DNA of 64,000 nt from positions 8,876-72,875 of the forward strand of contig JAVZZP010000001.1 of assembly GCA_038885615.1 (NCBI GenBank). The letters are read 5' to 3'. Below the pieces are notes generated by a model. The model worked only from the letters and a program-made list of their open reading frames with translations. It searched no databases and was not told the origin of the DNA. Every line of letters starts with the position of its first letter. The stretch's first letter is position 1. A program made the position numbers and the translations under genes. Positions 10,375 through 18,398 of this stretch are shown piece by piece. The DNA is from Candidatus Pacearchaeota archaeon (lineage in GTDB: Archaea; Nanobdellota; Nanobdellia; Pacearchaeales; GW2011-AR1).

Positions 10375-10795
10375 TTTTCCCTCTTATTATTTTATAAACC
10401 AAGTAGATGGTAGAAATAGCAAAGTATAAAGATAGTATTAGAACTAAGATAATTTCATAGGTCTTTAAGCTAGAAATTTCACCTAGAGAAGCTATTAAAG
10501 GAAGCAAGTTGTAAATTGCAACTACAAAAAAGAGTCCTTTTATCTTTTTCAAATAAATCAAAGAAAGTGCAAAAACAACCAAAGAGAAAAAACCTCTTGA
10601 CAAAATAAAATCAAGAATCAACAAAAAATAACCTGAGAAGCCAATATCTTCAAACATAAAAAAGAATTGAGAGTAAGAAATTGCCATAAAAAAAAGATTA
10701 AAAATAATAAAAATAACACCGAAAATAATTATTATGGTTTCGCCTAAATCACTTTTTTGTTTTTCTTCTTTTTGTTTAGGTTTTTTGGGATTCAT
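10358..10795 (-). CDS. Hypothetical 4-TM membrane protein
   Basis: Hydrophobic segments throughout. It starts immediately after the gyrB stop. Confidence 0.5.
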   Translation of the reverse strand: MNPKKPKQKEEKQKSDLGETIIIIFGVIFIIFNLFFMAISYSQFFFMFEDIGFSGYFLLILDFILSRGFFSLVVFALSLIYLKKIKGLFFVVAIYNLLPLIASLGEISSLKTYEIILVLILSLYFAISTIYLVYKIIRGKNEEKK

Positions 10796-12688
10796 TTAAA
10801 AATCAACCTCCGCATATTTTGCATTTTCTTCAATGAATTTTCTTCTTGGACCTACGGCATCACCCATCAATATTGAAAATGTTTCGTCTGCCTCAACAGC
10901 ATCTTCTATTGTTACTTGCTTTAAAATTCTTGTTTTTGGATTCATTGTTGTTTCCCATAGTTGTTCGTCGTTCATTTCTCCGAGACCTTTAAATCTTGAA
11001 ACCTCCGGTTTTCCTCCGATTTCTTTCAAAACCTTTTTTAGTTCTTCGTCAGAATAAACATAAATATCTTTTTGACCTTTTCTTACTTTGTAAAGGGGGG
11101 CAACAGCAACGAAAACATGGCCTGTTTCAATAAGCTGGGGCATATACCTATAAAATAAAGTTAAAAGCAATGTTTTTATGTGCTGGCCATCGACATCTGC
11201 ATCAGTCATTATGATTATTTTATTGTATCTCAATTTTTCAATATCGAAATTTTCACCGACACCAGTACCAATGGCTGTTATAAGGTTCGCAATTTCCTCT
11301 GAAGAAAGGGCTTTAACAGGGCTCGCCTTCTCAACATTAAGAATTTTTCCTTTTAAAGGAAGTATTGCTTGGAATTCTTTGTCTCGTGCTCCTTTAGCTG
11401 TTCCACCAGCAGACTGGCCCTCAACAATGTAAAGTTCTGTTTTTTCTTTTTTATTTGATGAACATTCAGCTAGTTTTCCAGGAAGTCCTCCCCCTCCAAG
11501 AGCATTTTTTCTTCTCACCAAGTCTTTTGCTTTTTTAGCTGCCTCCCTTGCTTTATATGCCTCTAAAGATTTTTGAGCAATTTTGTTTGCTATTGTTGGG
11601 TTTTCCTCAAAAAACTCTGAAAGAGCGGAAGAAACTATTGAATCAACTATTCCTTTAACTTCAGAGTTGCCTAGTTTTGTTTTTGTCTGACCTTCAAATT
11701 GTGGTTCTTTTAGCCTTAAAGAGATTATCGCGGTTAAGCCCTCTCTTACATCATCTCCTTCTAATTTTCCGCCATTTTTGAGAAGGCCTTTTTTCTCAGC
11801 ATAGTCATTTATTACTCTTGTTAGGGCTGTTTTAAAGCCGGCAACATGTGTACCGCCCTCCACAGTGTTTATTGTATTGACAAATCCTTGTATGTTGTCA
11901 TTATAGGAATTATTATATTGAATAGCTATTTCTACAGAAAGGTCATTCTCGCCAGTTTTCTTAAAATAAATTGGCTGGTGCAAAACCTCTTTTGTTCTAT
12001 TGAGCCATTTAATAAATTCAACTAGACCTCCAGGATAATGAATTGTTTCTTCTTTATCTGAGATTTCGTCCTTGAAAACTATTTTTAATCCAGGATTTAA
12101 AAAACAAATTTCTCTAAAGCGGGTTAAAAGTGTGTTAAAATCAAATTTTGTTGTTGAAAATATAGTATCGTCTGGGAGAAAGGTCACTTTTGTGCCAGTA
12201 ACCCCTTTTTCGCAAGTGCCAATTACTTTAACATCATGGTCTGGAACACCTATTTTATAACTCTGCATCCAGATTTTTCCATCTCTTTTAACTTCAACAA
12301 TCATCTTCTTTGATAAAGCAGCTACAACAGAAATACCTACTCCGTGCAAACCGCCAGAAACTTGATAGGCTTTTTTATCAAATTTTCCGCCCGCATGCAG
12401 TTTTGTAACGATTATTTCCATAGCCGACTTTTTATAAACAGGATGAATATCGACAGGAATTCCTCTTCCATTATCTTCAACAGAAACAGAACCGTCTTTG
12501 TTTAAAGTTATTCTAATCAAATTACAAACTCCTGCAAGGCACTCGTCAACAGAATTATCAACAATTTCATAAACAAGATGATGAAGCCCTTCTTTTCCAG
12601 TACTTCCTATGTACATTGCAGGCCTTTTTCTTACACCCTCTAAACCTTCAAGAATTTTAATGTCTTTTGCAGAATATTCTTCACCCAT
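10796..12688 (-). CDS. gyrB: DNA gyrase subunit B
   Basis: GHKL ATPase motifs (EIVDNSVDE, DNGRGIPV, GGLHGVG), Toprim EGQSAGG and PLKGKILNVEKA. 630 aa. Confidence 0.95.
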   Translation of the reverse strand: MGEEYSAKDIKILEGLEGVRKRPAMYIGSTGKEGLHHLVYEIVDNSVDECLAGVCNLIRITLNKDGSVSVEDNGRGIPVDIHPVYKKSAMEIIVTKLHAGGKFDKKAYQVSGGLHGVGISVVAALSKKMIVEVKRDGKIWMQSYKIGVPDHDVKVIGTCEKGVTGTKVTFLPDDTIFSTTKFDFNTLLTRFREICFLNPGLKIVFKDEISDKEETIHYPGGLVEFIKWLNRTKEVLHQPIYFKKTGENDLSVEIAIQYNNSYNDNIQGFVNTINTVEGGTHVAGFKTALTRVINDYAEKKGLLKNGGKLEGDDVREGLTAIISLRLKEPQFEGQTKTKLGNSEVKGIVDSIVSSALSEFFEENPTIANKIAQKSLEAYKAREAAKKAKDLVRRKNALGGGGLPGKLAECSSNKKEKTELYIVEGQSAGGTAKGARDKEFQAILPLKGKILNVEKASPVKALSSEEIANLITAIGTGVGENFDIEKLRYNKIIIMTDADVDGQHIKTLLLTLFYRYMPQLIETGHVFVAVAPLYKVRKGQKDIYVYSDEELKKVLKEIGGKPEVSRFKGLGEMNDEQLWETTMNPKTRILKQVTIEDAVEADETFSILMGDAVGPRRKFIEENAKYAEVDF

Positions 12689-12712
12689 TTCAATAAAGAG
12701 AAATAAGGTAGC

Positions 12713-12721
12713 TTTATAAAT
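12713..12721 (-). promoter_or_regulatory. TATA box for gyrB (leaderless-type spacing)
   Basis: TTTATAAATC motif with its proximal edge 25 nt upstream of the gyrB ATG at 12688. Confidence 0.5.
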
Positions 12722-12761
12722 CTTTTGGACTTTTTTTCGACGATAAATAAAGATATTATTT

Positions 12762-13106
12762 TTAAAAACTCAAAATAAATTCAATTCTATCATACAAAAT
12801 CCTTGGTACAAGTCTATCTTTTTTACCTTTCTTTTCAGAAAAAAATTCTATAATTCCGAACTTTTCAAGCATTTTTAAGTCAGAATAAACACTCTTAAAG
12901 TCCCTTTTAAGCAATTTAGACAGCTGATAAATAGAGCTTATCTTTTCTTTTTTAAGGAAATAAAGAACTCTTCCTCTTTCTTTAGAGAGAATTTTTCTTA
13001 ATTGGGCTATATCTGCAGGGTCAAATTGCTCTTTTGATTTAAAAAATTTAGAGATAAAACCATCTTCCGACGGATTCAAATAAAAATAAAGAGTTTTTGT
13101 TGCCAT
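12762..13106 (-). CDS. Winged-helix (ArsR/MarR-like) DNA-binding protein
   Basis: RGRVLYFLKKEKISSIYQLSKLLKRDFKSVYSDLKMLEKFGIIEF is a wHTH pattern. I prefer the ATG at 13106 (MATKTLYF); the ORF track start at 13151 remains possible. Confidence 0.5.
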   Translation of the reverse strand: MATKTLYFYLNPSEDGFISKFFKSKEQFDPADIAQLRKILSKERGRVLYFLKKEKISSIYQLSKLLKRDFKSVYSDLKMLEKFGIIEFFSEKKGKKDRLVPRILYDRIEFILSF

Positions 13107-13230
13107 TTTAGAGTAAATTTTATATCTTTTTGTTATATATGGTATTTTCAAACATATATTTAAATCTTTCTCTTTTGAGCATTTGTTTTATGTTTATTTT
13201 TTCCCTAAAAATACCCTAAAAAACGAAAGA

Positions 13231-13239
13231 TTTATAAAT
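13231..13239 (+). promoter_or_regulatory. Candidate TATA box of the S-layer gene
   Basis: TTTATAAAT lies about 180 nt upstream of the ATG at 13418, which implies an unusually long leader. Confidence 0.4.
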
Positions 13240-13302
13240 AAACCGCAAAAAATCGCCCTTAAAAGAGCAAACTTTAAAAAGCCAAAATTTCTATAGAGTT
13301 TA

Positions 13303-13417
13303 TCTTATGATTCCCTAGTCATAAGATTCCGGCCAGGCTATTAGTGAAGCTGAACACGCGAAAGCGTGGCCTGAAAAGGCGGCTAACCTGATAGTGCTGA
13401 AAGGAGGTTTAAAAGAA
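13303..13417 (+). promoter_or_regulatory. Structured GC-rich 5' leader of the S-layer gene
   Basis: Hairpin TCTTATGA-ttccctag-TCATAAGA (13303-13326). GNRA hairpin CACGC-GAAA-GCGTG (13355-13368). Possible pairings GGCCA/TGGCC and CTATTAG/CTGATAG. GGAGG at 13403-13407, 10 nt before the ATG. Confidence 0.5.
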
Positions 13418-15685
13418 ATGAAATTCAAAAAAATAGTAGCAGCAATCGGAAGCGTCATGATGTTAGGCGCTACAATTGCTGGAGCTTTTGCAGCTAACTA
13501 CCCTGCACCTTTCGCTGCGTCTGACACAGTTGTTGTTTATGGAAACAACGCAGATCTAAATGCTGCAACATCCATAGCAAACGACTTGGGTAATAGACTA
13601 GGTGCTAGTGGAAGCGTGAGTGTTAGCGGAGAAAGTTATAAGATAGAGGCGTCTTCTGATAAGTGGGGTATTGGAGAAAATGCAACTGCCTTTAGAGGAG
13701 GTGTTGTTTCAAAATCCGATCTTCCACAATTATTAGCAGATGGAACAATCAGGGACAGAGAAAATAACGAAAGAAAATACACACAAAAATTACAACTGAA
13801 TGAAAGTTTAAAAATAACTCATTTCTCTGATTATGATTATAAAAAAGAAGAACCAACTGTAGGTATACATCTAGAATCTAACTCAAATGGCGAAATATTA
13901 AGATACGAATTAGAATTTACACAACAAGTTAACGCTACATTACTACAAACAAAAGAAATAACTATAATGGGTAAAAAATATTATATACATTCTGCAAGCA
14001 ATACAAAAGTAGAATTATTAGATGCAAGTAATAAAGTTATAGTAACAGAAGGAGAACAAAAAACAGTCTCTACAGATAAAAAAACATATACAGTAGAGAT
14101 TAGTTCTGTTTCTGGAACAACAAGTGATAATGCAGAAGTAAGATTGCTTGTAAATGGAGAATTAACAGATCCTATTAAAAAAAGTGGAACATATAAACTA
14201 TCTGACAACTCTTATGTAAGCGTGCTTGATATTGTTGTAGGTAACAGAGAAAGAGACAACCACAAAGTAGAGGTTGCTATAGGCAGTGGAAAAATAAAAT
14301 TACAAAATAATGCTGATGTTGAGTTGAATGATAAAGATAGCATAAGAAACTTGAGAGCTTATATCACTGGAAACAGCGCAACAGAGCTTAAAAAGATAAG
14401 TTTGGTCTGGGTTCCTTATGATGAAGCTTTCTTAACACCAGAGTCCTCATTAACTATGCCTGTATTTGAAAATGTTAAACTTGTTATGCAAGGAATTAAC
14501 TTTCCAAAGAAAGAAGAGATAAAAATTGAGGGAAATGGTGCTGATAAATTAAGAATGGTTGTTCCTATAACAGACGGAACATACAATCTTGATTTAGCTT
14601 ATGCAAACTCAACACACAGAGCTGTTGGTAACTACACAGGTCTTGGAAGAGATGCTAACAACAAATTAGTAGTTGGTACAAATTCTGTAAAACTTAATGA
14701 AAGTGCTAATGAAAAAATAGCTGTTCTTTCTTGGGTCTCTGGAAATGATGCTGAAACATATATAGTAAGTGCCAGAGCTTCAAAAGATGGAACAGTTGAT
14801 GTAGCAACAATAAGAAACGAGATTACAGGAGATACTTGTGATAAAGTTGCTGCAGGCGGAAGTTGTAGATTCGGAAGAGCAGAGGTTGTTGTTTCGGCAG
14901 TAGACGAAACTGCTGGAAATAGGTCTGTAATTTTAAATGCAGGTTCAGGAGTTTCCTTCAACAAAATATATACAAAAGAAGGATTAACAATAACTCTTCC
15001 TGCAAACAATGATTTTGATAAAGATCTTGGGGCACCTGAATTTACACTTGTTTTCCAAGAAGAAGATAAAGATGGAAAAATAGCTAACGGAAAGACTTTT
15101 AACGTTACAGCAAATATAAAGACTTTATCTTCTGAAAATAGAACTAGTGTAAAAGATACTAATGTAACAACTCAAAAAGTAGATATATCAGGAGAAGACA
15201 GATCAATAAGATATCTTGAGTCAGAATTAGCAACAAAAGTTGAATTGAGAACACCAAGCTCATCTGCTAATTCCGTTATAATAACATATCACGGAAGCGA
15301 GGTTAGCGCAGATGTTTTTGTAGCTGCATCCAGTGCAGTATCCGGAGGATCAACAGGTCTTCCAGTTGTAACAGATAGCGAAACTGACAAAATGACAGGA
15401 AAGAATCTTGTTGTTGTTGGAGGTCCTTGCGCTAATGCTGTTGCTGCAGAGCTTCTTGGTGGTAAGACATGTACTTCTGATTTCACAGCTGCAACAGGTA
15501 TTGGGGCAGGAGAATTCTTGATCCAATCCTTCAATAGAGGAGGCAAAGTCGCTCTTCTTGTTGCTGGTTATGAGAAAGAAGACACTGTAAAGGCAGCCAA
15601 TTACTTAACAAAGATTGGTGTTGATACAGCTGTCGGCAAGAAGTACAAAGGAACTTCCGAGACATCTGCTACATTAGTAGTTTAA
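13418..15685 (+). CDS. S-layer protein (Methanococcales-type N-terminal motif)
   Basis: Signal peptide MKFKKIVAAIGSVMMLGATIAGAFA followed by ANYPAPF, the S-layer N-terminal motif. T/S/N/V-rich beta-type composition with no Cys-rich or TM regions. The ATG at 13418 has an SD-like GGAGG. Confidence 0.75.
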   Translation: MKFKKIVAAIGSVMMLGATIAGAFAANYPAPFAASDTVVVYGNNADLNAATSIANDLGNRLGASGSVSVSGESYKIEASSDKWGIGENATAFRGGVVSKSDLPQLLADGTIRDRENNERKYTQKLQLNESLKITHFSDYDYKKEEPTVGIHLESNSNGEILRYELEFTQQVNATLLQTKEITIMGKKYYIHSASNTKVELLDASNKVIVTEGEQKTVSTDKKTYTVEISSVSGTTSDNAEVRLLVNGELTDPIKKSGTYKLSDNSYVSVLDIVVGNRERDNHKVEVAIGSGKIKLQNNADVELNDKDSIRNLRAYITGNSATELKKISLVWVPYDEAFLTPESSLTMPVFENVKLVMQGINFPKKEEIKIEGNGADKLRMVVPITDGTYNLDLAYANSTHRAVGNYTGLGRDANNKLVVGTNSVKLNESANEKIAVLSWVSGNDAETYIVSARASKDGTVDVATIRNEITGDTCDKVAAGGSCRFGRAEVVVSAVDETAGNRSVILNAGSGVSFNKIYTKEGLTITLPANNDFDKDLGAPEFTLVFQEEDKDGKIANGKTFNVTANIKTLSSENRTSVKDTNVTTQKVDISGEDRSIRYLESELATKVELRTPSSSANSVIITYHGSEVSADVFVAASSAVSGGSTGLPVVTDSETDKMTGKNLVVVGGPCANAVAAELLGGKTCTSDFTAATGIGAGEFLIQSFNRGGKVALLVAGYEKEDTVKAANYLTKIGVDTAVGKKYKGTSETSATLVV

Positions 15686-15694
15686 AAATAAGAT

Positions 15695-15720
15695 AAGGGC
15701 TTTACGCCCTTTTTTTCCTT
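15695..15720 (+). terminator. Hairpin plus T-run terminator after the S-layer gene
   Basis: AAGGGC-TTTAC-GCCCTT followed by TTTTTCCTTTTTTTT. Confidence 0.5.
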
Positions 15721-15795
15721 TTTTTTATTTTTTGTTTTGATTTTATTGATGTTTTTTGCTATTTTATTTTTTAATTTTACCATATTAGTTTCCAT

Positions 15796-16070
15796 TTGAA
15801 AACTTATGTTAGACGAAACTTTAATCTTGTTAAACCCTTAGTGGAGAGAAAAAAAAGTCCCTGCGGAACTTGCTCCGCCATACAAAAGAAAAGCATTAAC
15901 GAAGATTTTTTCATTAATGGAAAAAAACAAATTGTTATATTGACGGGCCTAAGAAGAGTTGGAAAGTCTACTTTCTTTATCAAACAATAGAAAAATATGA
16001 GAGTTTAGGGAAGGGTATAATTTCAAAGAGTTTTATTGATTTCTGCCTTTCAGAAGAACAAAGTTTAAAA
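15796..16070 (+). pseudogene. Remnant of an AAA_14/DUF4143-type ATPase (N-terminal fragment, frameshifted and truncated)
   Basis: Two frames give NP*WREKKVPAELAPPYKRKALTKIFSLMEKNK and QIVILTGLRRVGKSTFFIKQ* (Walker A). Full-length family members are about 400 aa. The tail beyond 15990 is tentative. Confidence 0.5.
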
Positions 16071-16129
16071 TAATTTTAATTCATTTCCATAACAAAAATC
16101 TTTAAAAGCTCTTTTTGGCTAATAAAAAA

Positions 16130-16690
16130 ATGAGAAAAATAGAAACAAAAGAAGAAAAAGAAAGAAAGGAAAAAAGAAAAAACATAATCTTAAGTTTAAT
16201 TTTAGCCGGAATTTTAGTTTTCTCTACAATTGGTTATGCCATTTTAAGCAGACATGAAGAAGAGCAAAACAATCTTAAAGTTAAAGTTAATGGAAGAGAT
16301 TTTTATTTTTACAGCGGAATGTGGGCAATACAAAAAGACGGAAAAGTTCTCTATTTTAATAACTTGCCGAATGAAACAAAAGATGTTTTAGTAAGCGACT
16401 TGAGAGGAATTAATTATTTTGGAAAAAAAGTTTATTTTGTCAATTCGCAGCAACCAGCGTATCTTATTGTGAATAATATAAAAGAAATAGAAATTTTTCA
16501 AGAGGCTTGCCTGGATGAAAAATGCTCAGAAGAAAAAAATTTGCCGATAAAAAATTGTACTGATCATTTAATTGTTTTCAGAGATGGCAACGAAACAAAA
16601 GTTTTAAAAGAAGAAAATTGTATTTTTTTAGAAGGAGATTTCAATAAAGCAGCAGACGCTTTTATGTATAAATTACTTGACATAAACTAG
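16130..16690 (+). CDS. N-terminally anchored hypothetical protein
   Basis: K/E-rich N-terminus, one TM (IILSLILAGILVFSTIGYAIL), and a Cys-containing ectodomain. ATG at 16130. Confidence 0.5.
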   Translation: MRKIETKEEKERKEKRKNIILSLILAGILVFSTIGYAILSRHEEEQNNLKVKVNGRDFYFYSGMWAIQKDGKVLYFNNLPNETKDVLVSDLRGINYFGKKVYFVNSQQPAYLIVNNIKEIEIFQEACLDEKCSEEKNLPIKNCTDHLIVFRDGNETKVLKEENCIFLEGDFNKAADAFMYKLLDIN

Positions 16691-16691
16691 A

Positions 16692-17378
16692 ATGGCAAAA
16701 AGAAAAAGCAAAAGGAAGAAAAAAGCGAAAGAAGAAATAATTTTGTCTAAAGAAGAATATGAACAAAATAAGCAACTAGCATGGATTTTAGGAATTATAA
16801 TATTGTTTTTTGGTGTTTTTTTAGCAAGCTATTTTTATTTTCAAAATCAAAATTATTTTAATTATGCAGGCCTTGATTTTAGGAAAGAAAAAATCGGGGA
16901 AATAAACTTTTATCACGCACAATTTCCGATAATTTATCAAGGGCAAGTTTACAGAATACATAATCTTTATTTAAGAACAGATCCAAGAAAAAACAAAATT
17001 CCAGTAAATACGAATTTTTCTATTTCAGAAAGAGTCATTATCTCTCTAGATGAAGAAATAAAAAATTGCGACAAAGCAGTTCTTGGACAAACAAATCTTG
17101 CAATGTTTTTATGGGCTATGCCTTGGGTTAAAAATGTCACAGCAGCACTAACGGACAGAGAAGCAGCTGAAAGAAACAACATGGACTTTGCCGATTGCTC
17201 AAATGCCTCAAACAGAAGAACAATAATTCTTGTTAAAAAAGCAGACAAAAATTCTATAGAAATGGAAAGTGAAAACTGCTATAGGTTGAATGTTGCAAAT
17301 TGTGAATATTTGAAAGTTGCTGAAAGATACATTATGGCAGTTGTAGAGCAAATAAACCAAAAAGAAAATAAGAATTAA
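16692..17378 (+). CDS. N-terminally anchored hypothetical protein
   Basis: K-rich N-terminus, one TM (LAWILGIIILFFGVFLASYFYF), and an ectodomain with 4 Cys. Same architecture as the upstream gene. Confidence 0.5.
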   Translation: MAKRKSKRKKKAKEEIILSKEEYEQNKQLAWILGIIILFFGVFLASYFYFQNQNYFNYAGLDFRKEKIGEINFYHAQFPIIYQGQVYRIHNLYLRTDPRKNKIPVNTNFSISERVIISLDEEIKNCDKAVLGQTNLAMFLWAMPWVKNVTAALTDREAAERNNMDFADCSNASNRRTIILVKKADKNSIEMESENCYRLNVANCEYLKVAERYIMAVVEQINQKENKN

Positions 17379-17381
17379 TTA

Positions 17382-17876
17382 ATGGATTTTGAAATTCTAG
17401 TAGCTCTTCTTTTGACTGTAGCACCAATAACAGAATTAAGATTGGGCTTACCTATTGTCGTTAATTATTGCTTAAAAAATAATATCTCGGTTTGGCCTTA
17501 TTTTTCATTTGTTGTTATCTTAAACATTTTAGTAATATTTATTTTGTTTTTTTTCTTTGATTTTTTACATGAACGATTTTTAAGAATAAAAACCTATAAA
17601 AGGCTTTTTAGCGAGTATATAGAAAAAACCAGACAAAAACAGGAAAAATTTGAAAGAAAATTTCACCAAATTGGTTATCTCGCTTTAGTTATTTTTGTAG
17701 CTATTCCTCTGCCTGGCACAGGAGCATGGACAGGCACTTTTTTAGCATGGCTTTTTGGCCTAGAAAGAAAAAAGAGCATTTTAGCAATATCCCTTGGAGT
17801 TTTAATAGCCGGAGTTATTGTTTTGATGGCTTCTTATGGAATTTTTTCTTTTTTTAGTTTTAATCAAACTTTTTAA
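17382..17876 (+). CDS. Small membrane protein, COG2426 (putative small multidrug export)-like
   Basis: APITELRLGLPI and AIPLPGTGAWTG motifs; 4 TM segments. Confidence 0.5.
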   Translation: MDFEILVALLLTVAPITELRLGLPIVVNYCLKNNISVWPYFSFVVILNILVIFILFFFFDFLHERFLRIKTYKRLFSEYIEKTRQKQEKFERKFHQIGYLALVIFVAIPLPGTGAWTGTFLAWLFGLERKKSILAISLGVLIAGVIVLMASYGIFSFFSFNQTF

Positions 17877-18368
17877 AAAAACGAAGTCATCATAACCAGG
17901 AATTTTTTTAATATTGAAAAGTTTAACTGAGGAAAACCAGATTAAGACGACAAAAATCGTTGAAAAAAAATTCCAAACTAACATATGAACACTGTCAAAA
18001 AAAGATTTTTCTATCAAAAAGGCCATAAAAAAAATTCTAACAACATTTACCAATAGAAAAACCCCAAAATTAAAGAAAAGAAGCTTAAAGTAATCTTTTG
18101 CTTTTAGCTCCATAGATAATATCAAAATAAAGAAAAAATAATAAGCTGCTGCTGCAACGCAAGATTTAGAGATTTCTATTGGAATATCGCTAAAAATAAT
18201 AAAATCCTTAATAAAATAGGCCTCTCCGAAAAAAGAAAGAAGTTTTGCTGACAAAAAGACCGTCGGAAAAAGAAAAATTTTGTAAAAAATTAGACCTCCC
18301 CCAAGCCCTGCTAAAAAGATGATGATATAACGGATAAACAAAAAATATACTTTTTTAATATCTTTCAT
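17802..18368 (-). CDS. Exosortase/archaeosortase-superfamily-like membrane protein (pacearchaeosortase-like)
   Basis: 188 aa polytopic protein with ordered candidate catalytic residues: Cys in IEISKSCVAAA, Arg in NVVRIFF, His in SVHMLVWN. Its 3' end overlaps the convergent gene by 75 nt. Confidence 0.5.
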   Translation of the reverse strand: MKDIKKVYFLFIRYIIIFLAGLGGGLIFYKIFLFPTVFLSAKLLSFFGEAYFIKDFIIFSDIPIEISKSCVAAAAYYFFFILILSMELKAKDYFKLLFFNFGVFLLVNVVRIFFMAFLIEKSFFDSVHMLVWNFFSTIFVVLIWFSSVKLFNIKKIPGYDDFVFLKSLIKTKKRKNSIRSHQNNNSGY

Positions 18369-18398
18369 TAAGTATAAAAGAGAAAAGAGTTTAAAAAA

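Noticed and set aside
17802-17876. The 75-nt convergent overlap between the COG2426-like gene and the archaeosortase-like gene, considered as a sign that one call is wrong.
   Set aside because: Both ORFs have coherent membrane-protein sequence up to the overlap. The archaeosortase-like C-terminal tail (KKRKNSIRSHQNNNSGY) may really be shorter, but there is no basis for discarding either gene.
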